Virus record (IMG/VR): IMGVR_UViG_3300020165_000009
Source of the DNA: a virus
Strand: one strand, 5' to 3'
DNA: 64,000 bases
The position numbers were made by a program, and so were the translations under genes. The notes under the pieces were generated by a model, which was not told where the DNA came from, searched no databases, and saw only the letters and a program-made list of their open reading frames with translations. Below, piece after piece: positions 8,458-18,656 of this stretch. Each line of letters opens with the position of its first letter. Within the stretch, counting starts at the first letter, position 1.

Positions 8458-9576
8458 CTACTCAACTGCTATCACAGCATCCTCAGTTACTTCGTCTGGA
8501 ATAATCTCATCTGTATCACCTACATCTTTATTACTGTACTTCCATTCTTTCTTAATCTTCTCTTCTACAACCGGTATAATAGTCTTATCCCATAGTTCAG
8601 TATCATCTTTCCACTTACTATAATAGCCGAGTTTCTTACCATCTGGTAATTGATATGTTGCGCCAGTCTGTATAACTGCTCCAAGACCTACCGCGAGATC
8701 CAATAAGCCAAAGTACTTGTGCAGGCCACGATCAAATGACAGGTACATCTCACCTTGCAAGTACTGCTTAACGAAACGATTCTTAACGGTCAGTGCTCGT
8801 AGAATAACACCAGAGTAGCTCTTTTGACCTACAGCTAATTTGCCGTCAGTGTTCTTGTCTTCCTTAACCGGTTTACGAGCTAGCTGTATAGTAACAGAAG
8901 GTAGATATACAGTAGCAGTACCACCTGGCATTGCTTTTACAAGCGACGGAAACATTGCTGATGGGTCTTCATAAATGTGGTTAGTGGCAAGAATAGTAGT
9001 TTTAGTTAAGCCGGATAGTTGAGTAAGTGTACGTAATAGCGACTTCATTGCTTTAGCTCTACTACCCATATCAGCACTTACATTACCCTTTGTCTGACGA
9101 TTGATCTGCAATTGACTTTCCATATTACCTAGAGAGTCAATAGCGATTATAAATTTACCTTCCTGACCCTTCTCCTTTACTTTAGTTAAGAAGTCGAAAA
9201 TCGTGTTGCGGCATTCTTCAATACTAAAGACTGGTACATACTTCACCTTACTAACATCTAGACCTAACGCTTCAGCACCATCCCTATCGATAGCGTTCTC
9301 ACTATCAAAGATAACTGGAATTAAACCTTCCTTTTGAGCATTAGCTAGAATCTTTTGCAGAATAAACGATTTACCGGTCATACTCGGACCAGCTAGTAGG
9401 GTCATTCTATTCTTTGGAATACCGCCGTGGAGTGAACCTGATACAATACCGTTAAGTACCATAGAACCAGTATCGATCCAACCGTCTACGTTGCTAATAG
9501 CGCTCTCATTTAAGAAGGACGCGTAAGGATTAGACTTATCAATTACAGATAAAATATCGTCAATTTCTTTACTCAT
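8458..9576 (-). CDS. uvsX: RecA-like recombinase
   Basis: DTGS..LNG..SG, Walker A GPSMTGKS, FDSE, IDSLG, TNH. Confidence 0.92.
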   Translation of the reverse strand: MSKEIDDILSVIDKSNPYASFLNESAISNVDGWIDTGSMVLNGIVSGSLHGGIPKNRMTLLAGPSMTGKSFILQKILANAQKEGLIPVIFDSENAIDRDGAEALGLDVSKVKYVPVFSIEECRNTIFDFLTKVKEKGQEGKFIIAIDSLGNMESQLQINRQTKGNVSADMGSRAKAMKSLLRTLTQLSGLTKTTILATNHIYEDPSAMFPSLVKAMPGGTATVYLPSVTIQLARKPVKEDKNTDGKLAVGQKSYSGVILRALTVKNRFVKQYLQGEMYLSFDRGLHKYFGLLDLAVGLGAVIQTGATYQLPDGKKLGYYSKWKDDTELWDKTIIPVVEEKIKKEWKYSNKDVGDTDEIIPDEVTEDAVIAVE

Positions 9577-9584
9577 ATACCTAA

Positions 9585-10427
9585 TTATAGTATACCTTTC
9601 GCCTTGTTCAAGTAATAGTTTAGCTCTTTCGTATATACGGGTACAAAGTTTTTAATGCCACCTTGACCAGACCATATACACGCATCTACTCTAAACTCTG
9701 TATTATCTGGACCACCTTCATCTTTATATCTTAATGGCACCTTTAAGCACGTAGGGTTAAATAACTTGCACGCATCATTAAATACAGACTCGTCTGATGA
9801 TACATTAAATAAATCAATTTTTTCAGCACAAAACTTTATAAATTTACGGCTTACCTCTGTATTTCTAACAACAATTAAACCACCTGTTTCGAGTTCAAAA
9901 TCCTCGCCGAGTTTAACTTTTTCAAAACGATTAAAATTATTATCGTCAACCTTGACCGCGACATCTGTCACGACACCAATATCCGACTTATACTCGTGCA
10001 TAGCATCATAGAGATCATTAATATCTTTACGTACTATTGCATCTACGTCACTATATATATAAACTTCATCCACCTCATCTACCATCAACGTATTGAGGGT
10101 ATCATATTTTATACCTGTACAATAACTTGCATGCTCACTATATACTCGTTTAAAAATTTGATAATCATGAATCTTAGGTAAGTTTCTTAAATGTTCATCA
10201 GTAATATAATGCTTGTCTGCCCAATCAGGGTATAATATAGTAGGCTTCGTATTTAACTCTATATTATCAAATATATATTTAACGTTATTAAAATTTATGA
10301 GAGCGGATTCATCAACATTGACGCATCTACATATAATTTTAACATTTGGACTATTATCTAATGCAGACTGTGCAAAAGCGTTAAATAGGGGTAGATATTT
10401 TTCATCACTCGTACATACTATAGTCAT
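9585..10427 (-). CDS. GT-A fold nucleotide-diphospho-sugar transferase
   Basis: TSDEKY, YSDVDAIVR (DxD), YKD...IWSG; paralogue of 33185 and 40364. Confidence 0.65.
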   Translation of the reverse strand: MTIVCTSDEKYLPLFNAFAQSALDNSPNVKIICRCVNVDESALINFNNVKYIFDNIELNTKPTILYPDWADKHYITDEHLRNLPKIHDYQIFKRVYSEHASYCTGIKYDTLNTLMVDEVDEVYIYSDVDAIVRKDINDLYDAMHEYKSDIGVVTDVAVKVDDNNFNRFEKVKLGEDFELETGGLIVVRNTEVSRKFIKFCAEKIDLFNVSSDESVFNDACKLFNPTCLKVPLRYKDEGGPDNTEFRVDACIWSGQGGIKNFVPVYTKELNYYLNKAKGIL

Positions 10428-10927
10428 AGTAGTTCATCAGTCTCTTTTAGTAATTTTTTAATCTTTACAGATATATGGTTACTCTTCCATTTATATTCTT
10501 CGAAGAATGCCTTCCATGATAGAATAATCGTCCTCAATCTTTCGAGATTATCGTCTTTTAAATCGTCTTCAGTCAGCTGACCATATCTTATTGCTCTATA
10601 TAAAGCATTATTAATAGTCTGTATATCCTCGGACTCTGAAAATGTTGCTGATATTACACCTTTTGTATATTCAGGCGGAGGACCAGGCTCAATTATTGCC
10701 GGCTCTGTTTTTTTCGGAGCTGCTTTGAGCTTGTCAATCCTCGCTTCCAATTTAGCAATTTCAGCGTCTTTTTGTGTAACAATATTATGTATGGCTGCAT
10801 TAGCTTCTGCCCGTACTTGCTGATTAATCTCATTACGGATTTTTTCGGCTTCGTCCTGTCTCACATGACCGAAGTATGACGAGTCATCAGACGGAGGCCG
10901 GAATGATTGTGTTGACCAATTTGACAT
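10424..10927 (-). CDS. hypothetical coiled-coil protein
   Basis: 167 aa ORF; TAAGTA (late-box variant) 5 nt upstream. Confidence 0.55.
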   Translation of the reverse strand: MSNWSTQSFRPPSDDSSYFGHVRQDEAEKIRNEINQQVRAEANAAIHNIVTQKDAEIAKLEARIDKLKAAPKKTEPAIIEPGPPPEYTKGVISATFSESEDIQTINNALYRAIRYGQLTEDDLKDDNLERLRTIILSWKAFFEEYKWKSNHISVKIKKLLKETDELL

Positions 10928-10957
10928 AAAAATACTTACTTATCTTTTAGATTTTTT

Positions 10958-10993
10958 GCCAGGTTACACATACATTCAGAGGCGTAACCTGGC
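10958..10993. other. intergenic inverted repeat (10-12 bp stem)
   Basis: GCCAGGTTAC (10958-10967) / GTAACCTGGC (10984-10993); no U-tract follows it on either strand. Confidence 0.7.
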
Positions 10994-11006
10994 GAGCAGA
11001 TAAATA

Positions 11007-11381
11007 TTACTCATCAAAGAGCTTAATTACCTCGGCATCCTCTGCTTCGTCTGATGATGCCTCAACCGGTACTAGTACCGGGTTAACAACCTTCTCGTAC
11101 TGCTCAACAATACGTGGCTCGATTGTAAACTCACTACCTAGAGCGATGTTTTGAACACTCCAGGAGAAGACAGTAGATCGCTCTGCATCTTCACCTACTG
11201 GTTGAATAAACTCTGGGAAGAATAGTGGAAAAAGCTGCACGGCCATCTGGCCATCCTGCTGAGGCTGAACGGTGATCATTACAGGATTCTTTACCTGAAT
11301 GCAATCGCCTTTTGATACTTCCTCACCGAAAACGGTGCGGCCTGCGTTATCAATAAATGTGGTATATTTCTTATCTGTCAT
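11007..11381 (-). CDS. Sm-like beta-barrel protein adjacent to the polymerase
   Basis: GRTVFGE...IQVKNPVMI...QY pattern recalled from small T4-like proteins near gene 43. Confidence 0.5.
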   Translation of the reverse strand: MTDKKYTTFIDNAGRTVFGEEVSKGDCIQVKNPVMITVQPQQDGQMAVQLFPLFFPEFIQPVGEDAERSTVFSWSVQNIALGSEFTIEPRIVEQYEKVVNPVLVPVEASSDEAEDAEVIKLFDE

Positions 11382-11388
11382 ACGTATA

Positions 11389-11415
11389 ATTATACAGGTG
11401 TTCCTATCTAATCAA
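11389..11415 (-). promoter_or_regulatory. promoter TTGATT...GGAAC-N5-TATAAT
   Basis: Minus-strand TTGATT (11415-11410), GGAAC (11404-11400), TATAAT (11394-11389), 7 nt before the ATG. Confidence 0.55.
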
Positions 11416-13970
11416 CTAAGTAAATCAAATAAATCTGTCTGAACTGCAGCTCCGGGTCGTTGAATAGACCAACTCACATTATCATAAAAGCGCTCAATAG
11501 CAGAGTAGATAATCTTCTCAAACATTAATTCATAATCTATCTTGAGCTTTTCCTTAAATTCGCTAGGTAGGTAGTATTTATATGCCACATTACCTATGTT
11601 ATATGGATTAGGTTTCTGCACGTAAAAAAATCTAACCTTATCCCCACTACCAATCTCTTCATATTCCTTATCAATATTAAACTTCTTGAGAAGTATGTTG
11701 TGATAATACGCAGCTTTAACATGACTAGGCATACCTTTGCATGTAGTAAAGCCATTGCATTGAGTCGAATACTTCTCGTAATTCTTAATACCCGACACAA
11801 AAGCAATATCCTCAATAGGTAGGCTCTTGAAGATCCTATAAGCTTCATTCAGTACACTATTAGTCTTATTAATATCGCGAGTACTCAGCATCGTCTCAAT
11901 AATATTCTTAACATAAGGTTTAATAGCTGCCGGCATAGTACTACGAACGACCTCTACACCGGTATACTTGTATTTATCCATGGCAATTCCCTCGTCATCT
12001 AGTACATGCATAACGTAACGTTTCTTCTGCAGAAACACGCCTACATCAGCGAGCATTTCACGTTTAAAAACAAACCTACAGTCCATAGAGTTGAGGGAAC
12101 GCGTTCCCCATATCTTAATTTTATCATTCAAGAAATCTTCAATCTTTTGAACCTCTTTATGTAACTCGTCAGTTATCTTACCATCCGGTCCTACAAAATC
12201 AATATCAGTATTATCAATAATATGCTTAAGGGATATATATGACGAATCTGTATCGTTGTATATAACACTATCATTAAGCTTCTTCTCGTCATCTATACCT
12301 ACGCGTTTAGTTATATACTGCTTGAGTAACTCGTTAGAGGTCTTAATTACTGCCTGTCCGGTCAGGGTAATTGACGCGGCAATATCATCATCGCCGAACG
12401 GGGCATGCTTATTGCCGAAGTATCCATATATCGAGTTAATAAAGATCTTGATACAGAGCTGCTTCGAGTCTAATTGATCAATACGTACCTTTAGAGCAGG
12501 TGTCGGGTTAGCAGCATACTCATGCTTTAGTTTAGTAAGTATCTTTTTAACCTCAACGCGCTTGTTATAATACTCATCGAGAATCTCAGGCATTACACCT
12601 TTACGCTTCTGTGTAAACAGTACATTAGCCCGACTTATACCGATCTCTTCGTCTTTGACAAACTTACCAAAGCTCTCGATAGGCATTGTAAATGTTTTAC
12701 CGTTGACGTGCCTAATCGTAACCTCCTCGTCAGTCTTATCTTCAATTTTACCTACCTTTGTCTCCGGAGACATATTAAGAGAGATCATTACGTTCGGATA
12801 TAGTGAGTTAGCATCAAACGAAATAATATCTTTCTGAAATCCCTTTAACGGTTCGCCTACATATGCGCCTGGATTCTTGCCAGTATCCTCATTGCGAATG
12901 AACGTAGGTATACATTGCTGACGTCGTCTACCTCTAATAGCAGTAGCACCGTTAATGACGGACAATGACCCCATAGCTGCTTCAAACGAAGTTAGGCCGG
13001 AATAAGCTAACATACGAATTAAATCAATATACTTCAGTTTAACATCTAAATTCTTAAGAAGTCTAACGTCTTGAATGTTGTAGTCAACAAACGTCTGCCA
13101 ATCCTCATCAGATAGAGTAGCAAGATTCATATTACCATACTCAACCTTTTTCTCACCGAGCTCTAATTCACCGATAGCATCGAGCTTATAACTCTCACGG
13201 AGACCCATAGAGAACTTTTTATACACATCAAGATAGTCAAGTAGTGATATACCTTCTATAGACCATTTCACCTGGTCTCTCCCAAAGGCTCCCTTAATGA
13301 TCCTACTAGTTACATTACCTGTAGGGGACATACGAGCAACCCATTCATCCCCAAGGATACGGCGGCATCTGTTAATAATATAAGGTATATCGAAGAACTC
13401 AGAGTTCCAACCAGACAGTATATCAGGAAAATCCTGCTCTAGATGTTGAATATACCTCTTAAAGAGGTCCCTCTCATCATCACATTTTATATAAGTTACG
13501 TCACTTTGATGATTTTTGTAGTCATATAGCCCGAACGTCGTGAAGTGATCTGCTATAGTATCGTATACAGTTATAACAGTTACTTTATGATTACCAGTTT
13601 GAATATCTGGGAAGTCGTCGGGGGAGTAAGTCTCAATATCAATAAACATCGTCTTAATAGGATGCTTATTGAAGTCCTCTTCTTCGTTCTCCTCCCAGTA
13701 ACGATCTACAAGATATTGTTGATGTGATTGTAAGTTTTCAAATACTCTCTTAATACCAGTATCTTTAATAAACTTATACCGGCCATACTGATTCTGAAAC
13801 TTCTTCTTAATTAGCTTAGTACCAAAAATAGACTCGTACTTACCGTTACCTTCAACAAATAGATACGGTTCATGAGACACCTCATAAGATATACGCTTAC
13901 CATCTTCATCCCACGTAAAGAGCTTAATTGAACTCTCCTTACCATTATATACTATATTTCGATAACTCAC
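11412..13970 (-). CDS. gp43: family B DNA polymerase (T4 gp43-like)
   Basis: Exo I DIET, Exo II GWNSEFFDIPY, Exo III YNIQD, DANSLYP, KIFINSIYG, YNDTDS, KKRY; GTG start. Confidence 0.96.
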   Translation of the reverse strand: MSYRNIVYNGKESSIKLFTWDEDGKRISYEVSHEPYLFVEGNGKYESIFGTKLIKKKFQNQYGRYKFIKDTGIKRVFENLQSHQQYLVDRYWEENEEEDFNKHPIKTMFIDIETYSPDDFPDIQTGNHKVTVITVYDTIADHFTTFGLYDYKNHQSDVTYIKCDDERDLFKRYIQHLEQDFPDILSGWNSEFFDIPYIINRCRRILGDEWVARMSPTGNVTSRIIKGAFGRDQVKWSIEGISLLDYLDVYKKFSMGLRESYKLDAIGELELGEKKVEYGNMNLATLSDEDWQTFVDYNIQDVRLLKNLDVKLKYIDLIRMLAYSGLTSFEAAMGSLSVINGATAIRGRRRQQCIPTFIRNEDTGKNPGAYVGEPLKGFQKDIISFDANSLYPNVMISLNMSPETKVGKIEDKTDEEVTIRHVNGKTFTMPIESFGKFVKDEEIGISRANVLFTQKRKGVMPEILDEYYNKRVEVKKILTKLKHEYAANPTPALKVRIDQLDSKQLCIKIFINSIYGYFGNKHAPFGDDDIAASITLTGQAVIKTSNELLKQYITKRVGIDDEKKLNDSVIYNDTDSSYISLKHIIDNTDIDFVGPDGKITDELHKEVQKIEDFLNDKIKIWGTRSLNSMDCRFVFKREMLADVGVFLQKKRYVMHVLDDEGIAMDKYKYTGVEVVRSTMPAAIKPYVKNIIETMLSTRDINKTNSVLNEAYRIFKSLPIEDIAFVSGIKNYEKYSTQCNGFTTCKGMPSHVKAAYYHNILLKKFNIDKEYEEIGSGDKVRFFYVQKPNPYNIGNVAYKYYLPSEFKEKLKIDYELMFEKIIYSAIERFYDNVSWSIQRPGAAVQTDLFDLLS

Positions 13971-13976
13971 ATCATA

Positions 13977-14004
13977 ATTATAATGTAGTTCCGCTTAGTA
14001 TCAA
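13977..14004 (-). promoter_or_regulatory. sigma70-like promoter TTGATA-N16-TATAAT containing GGAAC-N5
   Basis: Minus strand TTGATA CTAAGC GGAAC TACAT TATAAT TATGAT GTG; the start codon lies 6 nt after the -10 box. Confidence 0.65.
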
Positions 14005-14005
14005 C

Positions 14006-15220
14006 CTACTTATTGTATCTAGCTAGATTAACTCTCTTAGGATCACCGACGTTATACTGGTAAAGTTCCGTATAACAGTCGACATTAATATCGCTCTCTA
14101 GCCAGCGTGTATCAGCATATACTGAAGCTTTTTTGCATAAAGACTTGTAACGCTGTCTGTCGCCTAAAGTCCTCTCGATCTGAGCAATCATCTCATCTCC
14201 TGTTTTAAACCTAATGGGTGCATTCTCGTATGTACACATATCCTGGCATGCAATAGGTAAGCCAAGTGCACATGCTTCTATATATTTTAAATCTGACTTT
14301 GAACGGTTAAATACGTTATCTTGTAAAGGTGCAACAACCATATTAATGTTCAAATCACGTAATTTGTCGCCGTATTCAAAAAGTCTCACCCATGGGTGAA
14401 ATTCGATCTTACCGGACATAACTAATGGTTTAAGTGACAGCGGAAAAGCTCCTAAAAATACCCATTGATATTTATCAACTGTTTTAGCAATAACATTATT
14501 TACATGCTCAAAATCATCCTTCTGGCCTACATTATTATCAACATCAAAATGAGCACCGGAACCAGCATATAAGATTCTTGGCTTCTTTTTATTATCTTCA
14601 AAACTTTTCATCGTGCGACTCAGGTCGCTTCTATTACCTAACCAAAACTTAGGCATAAAATTAGGTATAACAGTTACATTTTCATTACCCGTTTTCTCTT
14701 TATAGTAGTCGCGCATGAATGGGCATGTAACAGTAATTTCGTCGCACATGGCCATAATCTCCTGAGCACTCTTTCTAATTTGAGGATCAGTAAATGCCCC
14801 CTTAAACTTATTATAATCAGGTATATCCTCCGCGAAGCAGATGTCATCAATTTCATATATAAGCCTAAAATTTTGTTTGTCTGCAATATTGCGCACAAAT
14901 TTAATAAACTCTAATTGCTGTGGCGTTGCTTGTCTCTGTATACGCACACCCTTCACTCCTACATACTGTCTCGTATCTCCATTCATTACTGTTGTACCAT
15001 GCACTACAGCTTTATTATGAGCATTCATAACCTGTTCAGGCCATATCATTCTCCAGTGACCACAGCCGGAGTAATCAGCGTAGTAGTTCATAAAACGTGG
15101 CAGACCGAGCTCTTGAGGCTTTGGCGTTGCTGGTTGTTGAACGTTACGCACTTGATTAGCTAGTCCCATAGGGAGAGCGCCTCGCATAGGTGAAGTCTGG
15201 AAGGGAGATTGGCTGAGCAT
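14006..15220 (-). CDS. GT-B fold glycosyltransferase (GT4-like)
   Basis: SGCGHWRM..P, YEIDD, IPNF.P, APLQDNVFNRSKSDLKYIEA..LG.P. Confidence 0.7.
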   Translation of the reverse strand: MLSQSPFQTSPMRGALPMGLANQVRNVQQPATPKPQELGLPRFMNYYADYSGCGHWRMIWPEQVMNAHNKAVVHGTTVMNGDTRQYVGVKGVRIQRQATPQQLEFIKFVRNIADKQNFRLIYEIDDICFAEDIPDYNKFKGAFTDPQIRKSAQEIMAMCDEITVTCPFMRDYYKEKTGNENVTVIPNFMPKFWLGNRSDLSRTMKSFEDNKKKPRILYAGSGAHFDVDNNVGQKDDFEHVNNVIAKTVDKYQWVFLGAFPLSLKPLVMSGKIEFHPWVRLFEYGDKLRDLNINMVVAPLQDNVFNRSKSDLKYIEACALGLPIACQDMCTYENAPIRFKTGDEMIAQIERTLGDRQRYKSLCKKASVYADTRWLESDINVDCYTELYQYNVGDPKRVNLARYNK

Positions 15221-15249
15221 ATATACTATTAATTATAGGGATTTTTTAT

Positions 15250-17055
15250 TTAATCCACAAATTCTACGCGTTTAGTAATACCGTTACTCTTCTCTAAAAA
15301 TACAATATCACCGGTAGCAGCTTTAATACTTTCCTTACGGTGACTAATTACAAATATACACTCTTTTTGCGTCTCTACCCGATCATTTAAGATCTCTAAA
15401 ACTAGATCAACACCTTTTTCATCGAAACTACTATCAAATAGCTCATCATAAAAACTAAGGTTATAATGAACATCTCCTTGAGCTTTTCGCATATCCATAA
15501 ATGAGAAGAGGCATGCGAGGTCAATAGCTTTTCTTTCAGCTCCAGAGAAGTTATTATAAAGACATACCTTACCTTTTTCATTAATAATCTCCTCTTCAAA
15601 ATACTCATTAAAGACGCAAATACTATTACTATCTAGTTTCTTGAGATAGTGCGTAAGTTTAGAGTTAAAGTTGCGTAAAATTTTCTTAACGATAAAGCTC
15701 TTTACTCCTTCTTCTGAGACGACAAACTTTGCAACATCTAAGAAGTCTAATCTATTTTTAAGACTGTTAATATCAGCCTTAATAGTATCAACCTTATCTT
15801 GATACTCATTAACTACACTATCGAAAGTATTAGTTTCATTCTTTACTCCTTCTAACTCACTCTCAATTTCGGTTATACATTTTTGTATATAATTAACAGA
15901 GTCACTAACTTGACTGATACTATATTTCTCTCTCTCAATGTTAGTAATTTTATCGGCTAGAGTTTGAATTGCATTATTAATTTTCTCTTCAAGAGTCTTC
16001 TTACCATTTAAGTCACTAGTAAGTTCATCTAGTTTTGTTTTCTGTTTGTTTATACCAGCCTTTATATGAAGCTTCTTTTCATTGATAGCTTCTATATCAT
16101 GATCAGCAATTGGCCGGAGACATACCGGGCAATCGGCTTCTGATGTACCTATCTGTTTATAGTCCTCAGCTGCAGTTCTTAGCGTTAGCTTACACTCAAT
16201 TAAATCATGATTAATTGCATCTATTTCATCTCGTACTGCATTCTTCTTCTGACTTACTTCCTCTTTCTTTTTTTCAAAAGGAGTAGCATCTAAATTATTA
16301 ATACTGTCCAGTCGCTCATTAGCTGCTTTAAGATCAGCTGAGTGTCGGTCGCGGGTTGACTCTAATGTATTGATCTTCCTGCCATGGTCAATATCAAAAT
16401 TATTCTTATGGTTCTGCTGTAGTTGCAAATAACCGGACGTTTCTTCTAACCGAGTAACATTAATATCAAAGTCTTTCTTAACCTCACTCTGATCGCCTCT
16501 AACATCGTTTAGCATCTTAGAGAATACTTCTAGATTAAAAATCTTTTCAATAAATTTACGCTTCTCGACCTTATTCTTAGCCATAAAAGGTATATGGTTA
16601 TTGAGAGTCATAATAACACAATTCTGAAATATCTCTGGTGATGATGATAATACGGTTTCAATATACTGGTTTGTATTTTGAATAGTATCACGTGTCTTAT
16701 CGATATCATTCTTATATATTGTGCATTTTGAAGGTCCTAAGGTACGTACAATTCTAAAGTCATTTATACCATATTGCGGATCATCAACACTAAACAATAG
16801 CTCGACAGATGTCTTACCGTCTGTTAAATTATTAGGTATAAAGGTCTTCTTAATCTCACGTAATGTATTACCGAATATTGAGAAGTATAGAGCATCAGCA
16901 ATAGTACTCTTACCCACACCATTTCTTCTATCCTCCTTATCGCGATTTATACCAGTAACAATATGCAAGCCAGTCTCGAAGTTTACCTTCACTACTTCTT
17001 CACCGACTGATAAGAAGTTCTTAATTTTTAACTCTTTAAAATTTACGTATTTCAT
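15250..17055 (-). CDS. gp46: Rad50/SbcC-like recombination ATPase (gp46)
   Basis: KNFLSVG, NGVGKS, CPVC zinc hook, FSGAE, YDELFDSS, VISH. Confidence 0.93.
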   Translation of the reverse strand: MKYVNFKELKIKNFLSVGEEVVKVNFETGLHIVTGINRDKEDRRNGVGKSTIADALYFSIFGNTLREIKKTFIPNNLTDGKTSVELLFSVDDPQYGINDFRIVRTLGPSKCTIYKNDIDKTRDTIQNTNQYIETVLSSSPEIFQNCVIMTLNNHIPFMAKNKVEKRKFIEKIFNLEVFSKMLNDVRGDQSEVKKDFDINVTRLEETSGYLQLQQNHKNNFDIDHGRKINTLESTRDRHSADLKAANERLDSINNLDATPFEKKKEEVSQKKNAVRDEIDAINHDLIECKLTLRTAAEDYKQIGTSEADCPVCLRPIADHDIEAINEKKLHIKAGINKQKTKLDELTSDLNGKKTLEEKINNAIQTLADKITNIEREKYSISQVSDSVNYIQKCITEIESELEGVKNETNTFDSVVNEYQDKVDTIKADINSLKNRLDFLDVAKFVVSEEGVKSFIVKKILRNFNSKLTHYLKKLDSNSICVFNEYFEEEIINEKGKVCLYNNFSGAERKAIDLACLFSFMDMRKAQGDVHYNLSFYDELFDSSFDEKGVDLVLEILNDRVETQKECIFVISHRKESIKAATGDIVFLEKSNGITKRVEFVD

Positions 17056-18101
17056 TTTGGTCTATCTACTGATCGGTTATATAGTTCTGTAGTGTATTTT
17101 GCAACTTCACTCTTATTATCAATATCTAACATGTTAATAAATTCAGTAATAGCTTCCGACATATCTACTCCAGAAAGATCAAACTCATTATCTTCTGCGA
17201 ATTGTACTTTATTATAATTAGCATCATAATCAATTCTAATGTCACTAGGCTTATAACTAGCAAGTTTTGTAACTAGTAAATCCATATCTGCTGAATTAAC
17301 ATTTTTATCTACAATAAATTTAATAATGTTACCGGTTACTTCAGATCTAAAGTATGCTTCAGGATCTTTTTGTGTTATAAGCTTAGATAGAAATATCTTA
17401 ACATGTTTAGGTGTTACAGTATTTTTATAAAACTCATAACTTAAATCCTCTAGATCTAAAACATAGTATCCTTTGGTCTGCCCTGAATCACCGAAATCCA
17501 TTTCATAAGGGTTACCTACATATATGATTTCACTATTATCGAACTTTCTACTCGCTCTTAAGTGGAAGTGACCTGAGAATACTAGAGGTGCTTTATTAGC
17601 TAGAGCCTCCGGATTGTCGCCGTGATCACATACCTTAAAGGAGTTCATTTTAAAGTTAACTAACTCAAAGTGACCGAATACTAAATCACAATCCGGAATG
17701 TCTTTTAGTTGAGTGCCCCATGGGCAGAAGACTGTATTAACGCCGTGTATATTACATTGCGTCATTTTATCATAAACCGTCAGGTTACTATAACCTCTCA
17801 ATATACTCAGACTGTTAATTTCACTAGTATCTTTATACCACGCATCATGATTACCAGTAATCATCGTAATATTAAAGTCGCTAAATTTATCTAAAAAGTC
17901 TTTAGCGAAATTTAATGTTTTAACACTTATTTCGTCTCTATAGTGGAAGAAATCTCCACAAAATATAATATCAGAAATACCTTTGGACTTCAAGTCCTCA
18001 ATATACCAGTCGCTCCATTGATTTGCTACACCTAGCCAGAAGTCACTATTCTGGTGAACGCCGAGGTGTATATCAGAAAATATGGCTACCTTTTTACCCA
18101 T
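17052..18101 (-). CDS. gp47: Mre11/SbcD-like nuclease (gp47)
   Basis: SDIHLG, GDFFH, GNHD, GHFE, SGHFH, YVGNP. Confidence 0.93.
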   Translation of the reverse strand: MGKKVAIFSDIHLGVHQNSDFWLGVANQWSDWYIEDLKSKGISDIIFCGDFFHYRDEISVKTLNFAKDFLDKFSDFNITMITGNHDAWYKDTSEINSLSILRGYSNLTVYDKMTQCNIHGVNTVFCPWGTQLKDIPDCDLVFGHFELVNFKMNSFKVCDHGDNPEALANKAPLVFSGHFHLRASRKFDNSEIIYVGNPYEMDFGDSGQTKGYYVLDLEDLSYEFYKNTVTPKHVKIFLSKLITQKDPEAYFRSEVTGNIIKFIVDKNVNSADMDLLVTKLASYKPSDIRIDYDANYNKVQFAEDNEFDLSGVDMSEAITEFINMLDIDNKSEVAKYTTELYNRSVDRPK

Positions 18102-18102
18102 A

Positions 18103-18615
18103 TTAATAGTCGTCAGGGTTGGTGGGTTTTACATAAACATGACCTCCTCCGGAATCCATCATCTCTTTTTCATAAACTACTTCTTTATAATCACATAGAG
18201 TTTGATGATGCTTTTTCTCTTTTTTAATTCTATTAATGAAAGCGTGAAATGCAATAGTAGTAAAATAAGAGAATGGATTGTATTCTGAATCTACATTAAA
18301 CTTTTTGTTCTGCAGAGCTGTATACATCTTAACTAGAGCGTCACCTATCATATCTTCTTTATAGGTATAATTTATAAAATTTGATTTATTACCAAGACCA
18401 TAAGCAATCTTCTTAAGTGAGTTTGCAAGCTCGAAAATACAATCCTCAGTTACATAATACTCTCTAATCTGCTGCTTAAACACAGCAGGATTAACATAAT
18501 ACTGGTCAATCTTAGGCTTAGGCCCTCTCTTCTTAGGCTTAGGCTTCTCCTCGAGTGCAGGCGCCTCATCAGTCTTAGGCTTCTTATCGGTCTTAGGTTC
18601 TTTGTCTCTAGGCAT
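18103..18615 (-). CDS. gp55: late-transcription sigma factor (gp55)
   Basis: YYVN, NFINYTYKEDMIGDA, NPFSYFTTIAFHAFINRIKKEKK; Lys/Pro-rich N-terminal extension. Confidence 0.92.
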   Translation of the reverse strand: MPRDKEPKTDKKPKTDEAPALEEKPKPKKRGPKPKIDQYYVNPAVFKQQIREYYVTEDCIFELANSLKKIAYGLGNKSNFINYTYKEDMIGDALVKMYTALQNKKFNVDSEYNPFSYFTTIAFHAFINRIKKEKKHHQTLCDYKEVVYEKEMMDSGGGHVYVKPTNPDDY

Positions 18616-18656
18616 AATATAACTATAGTATAGTATATGACTATGTAACTTTCAAC

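Noticed and set aside
11412-13970. Intron or intein in gp43, gp41, uvsX or the visible part of nrdA
   Set aside because: Lengths and motif spacing are normal; no splice motifs or frame breaks seen
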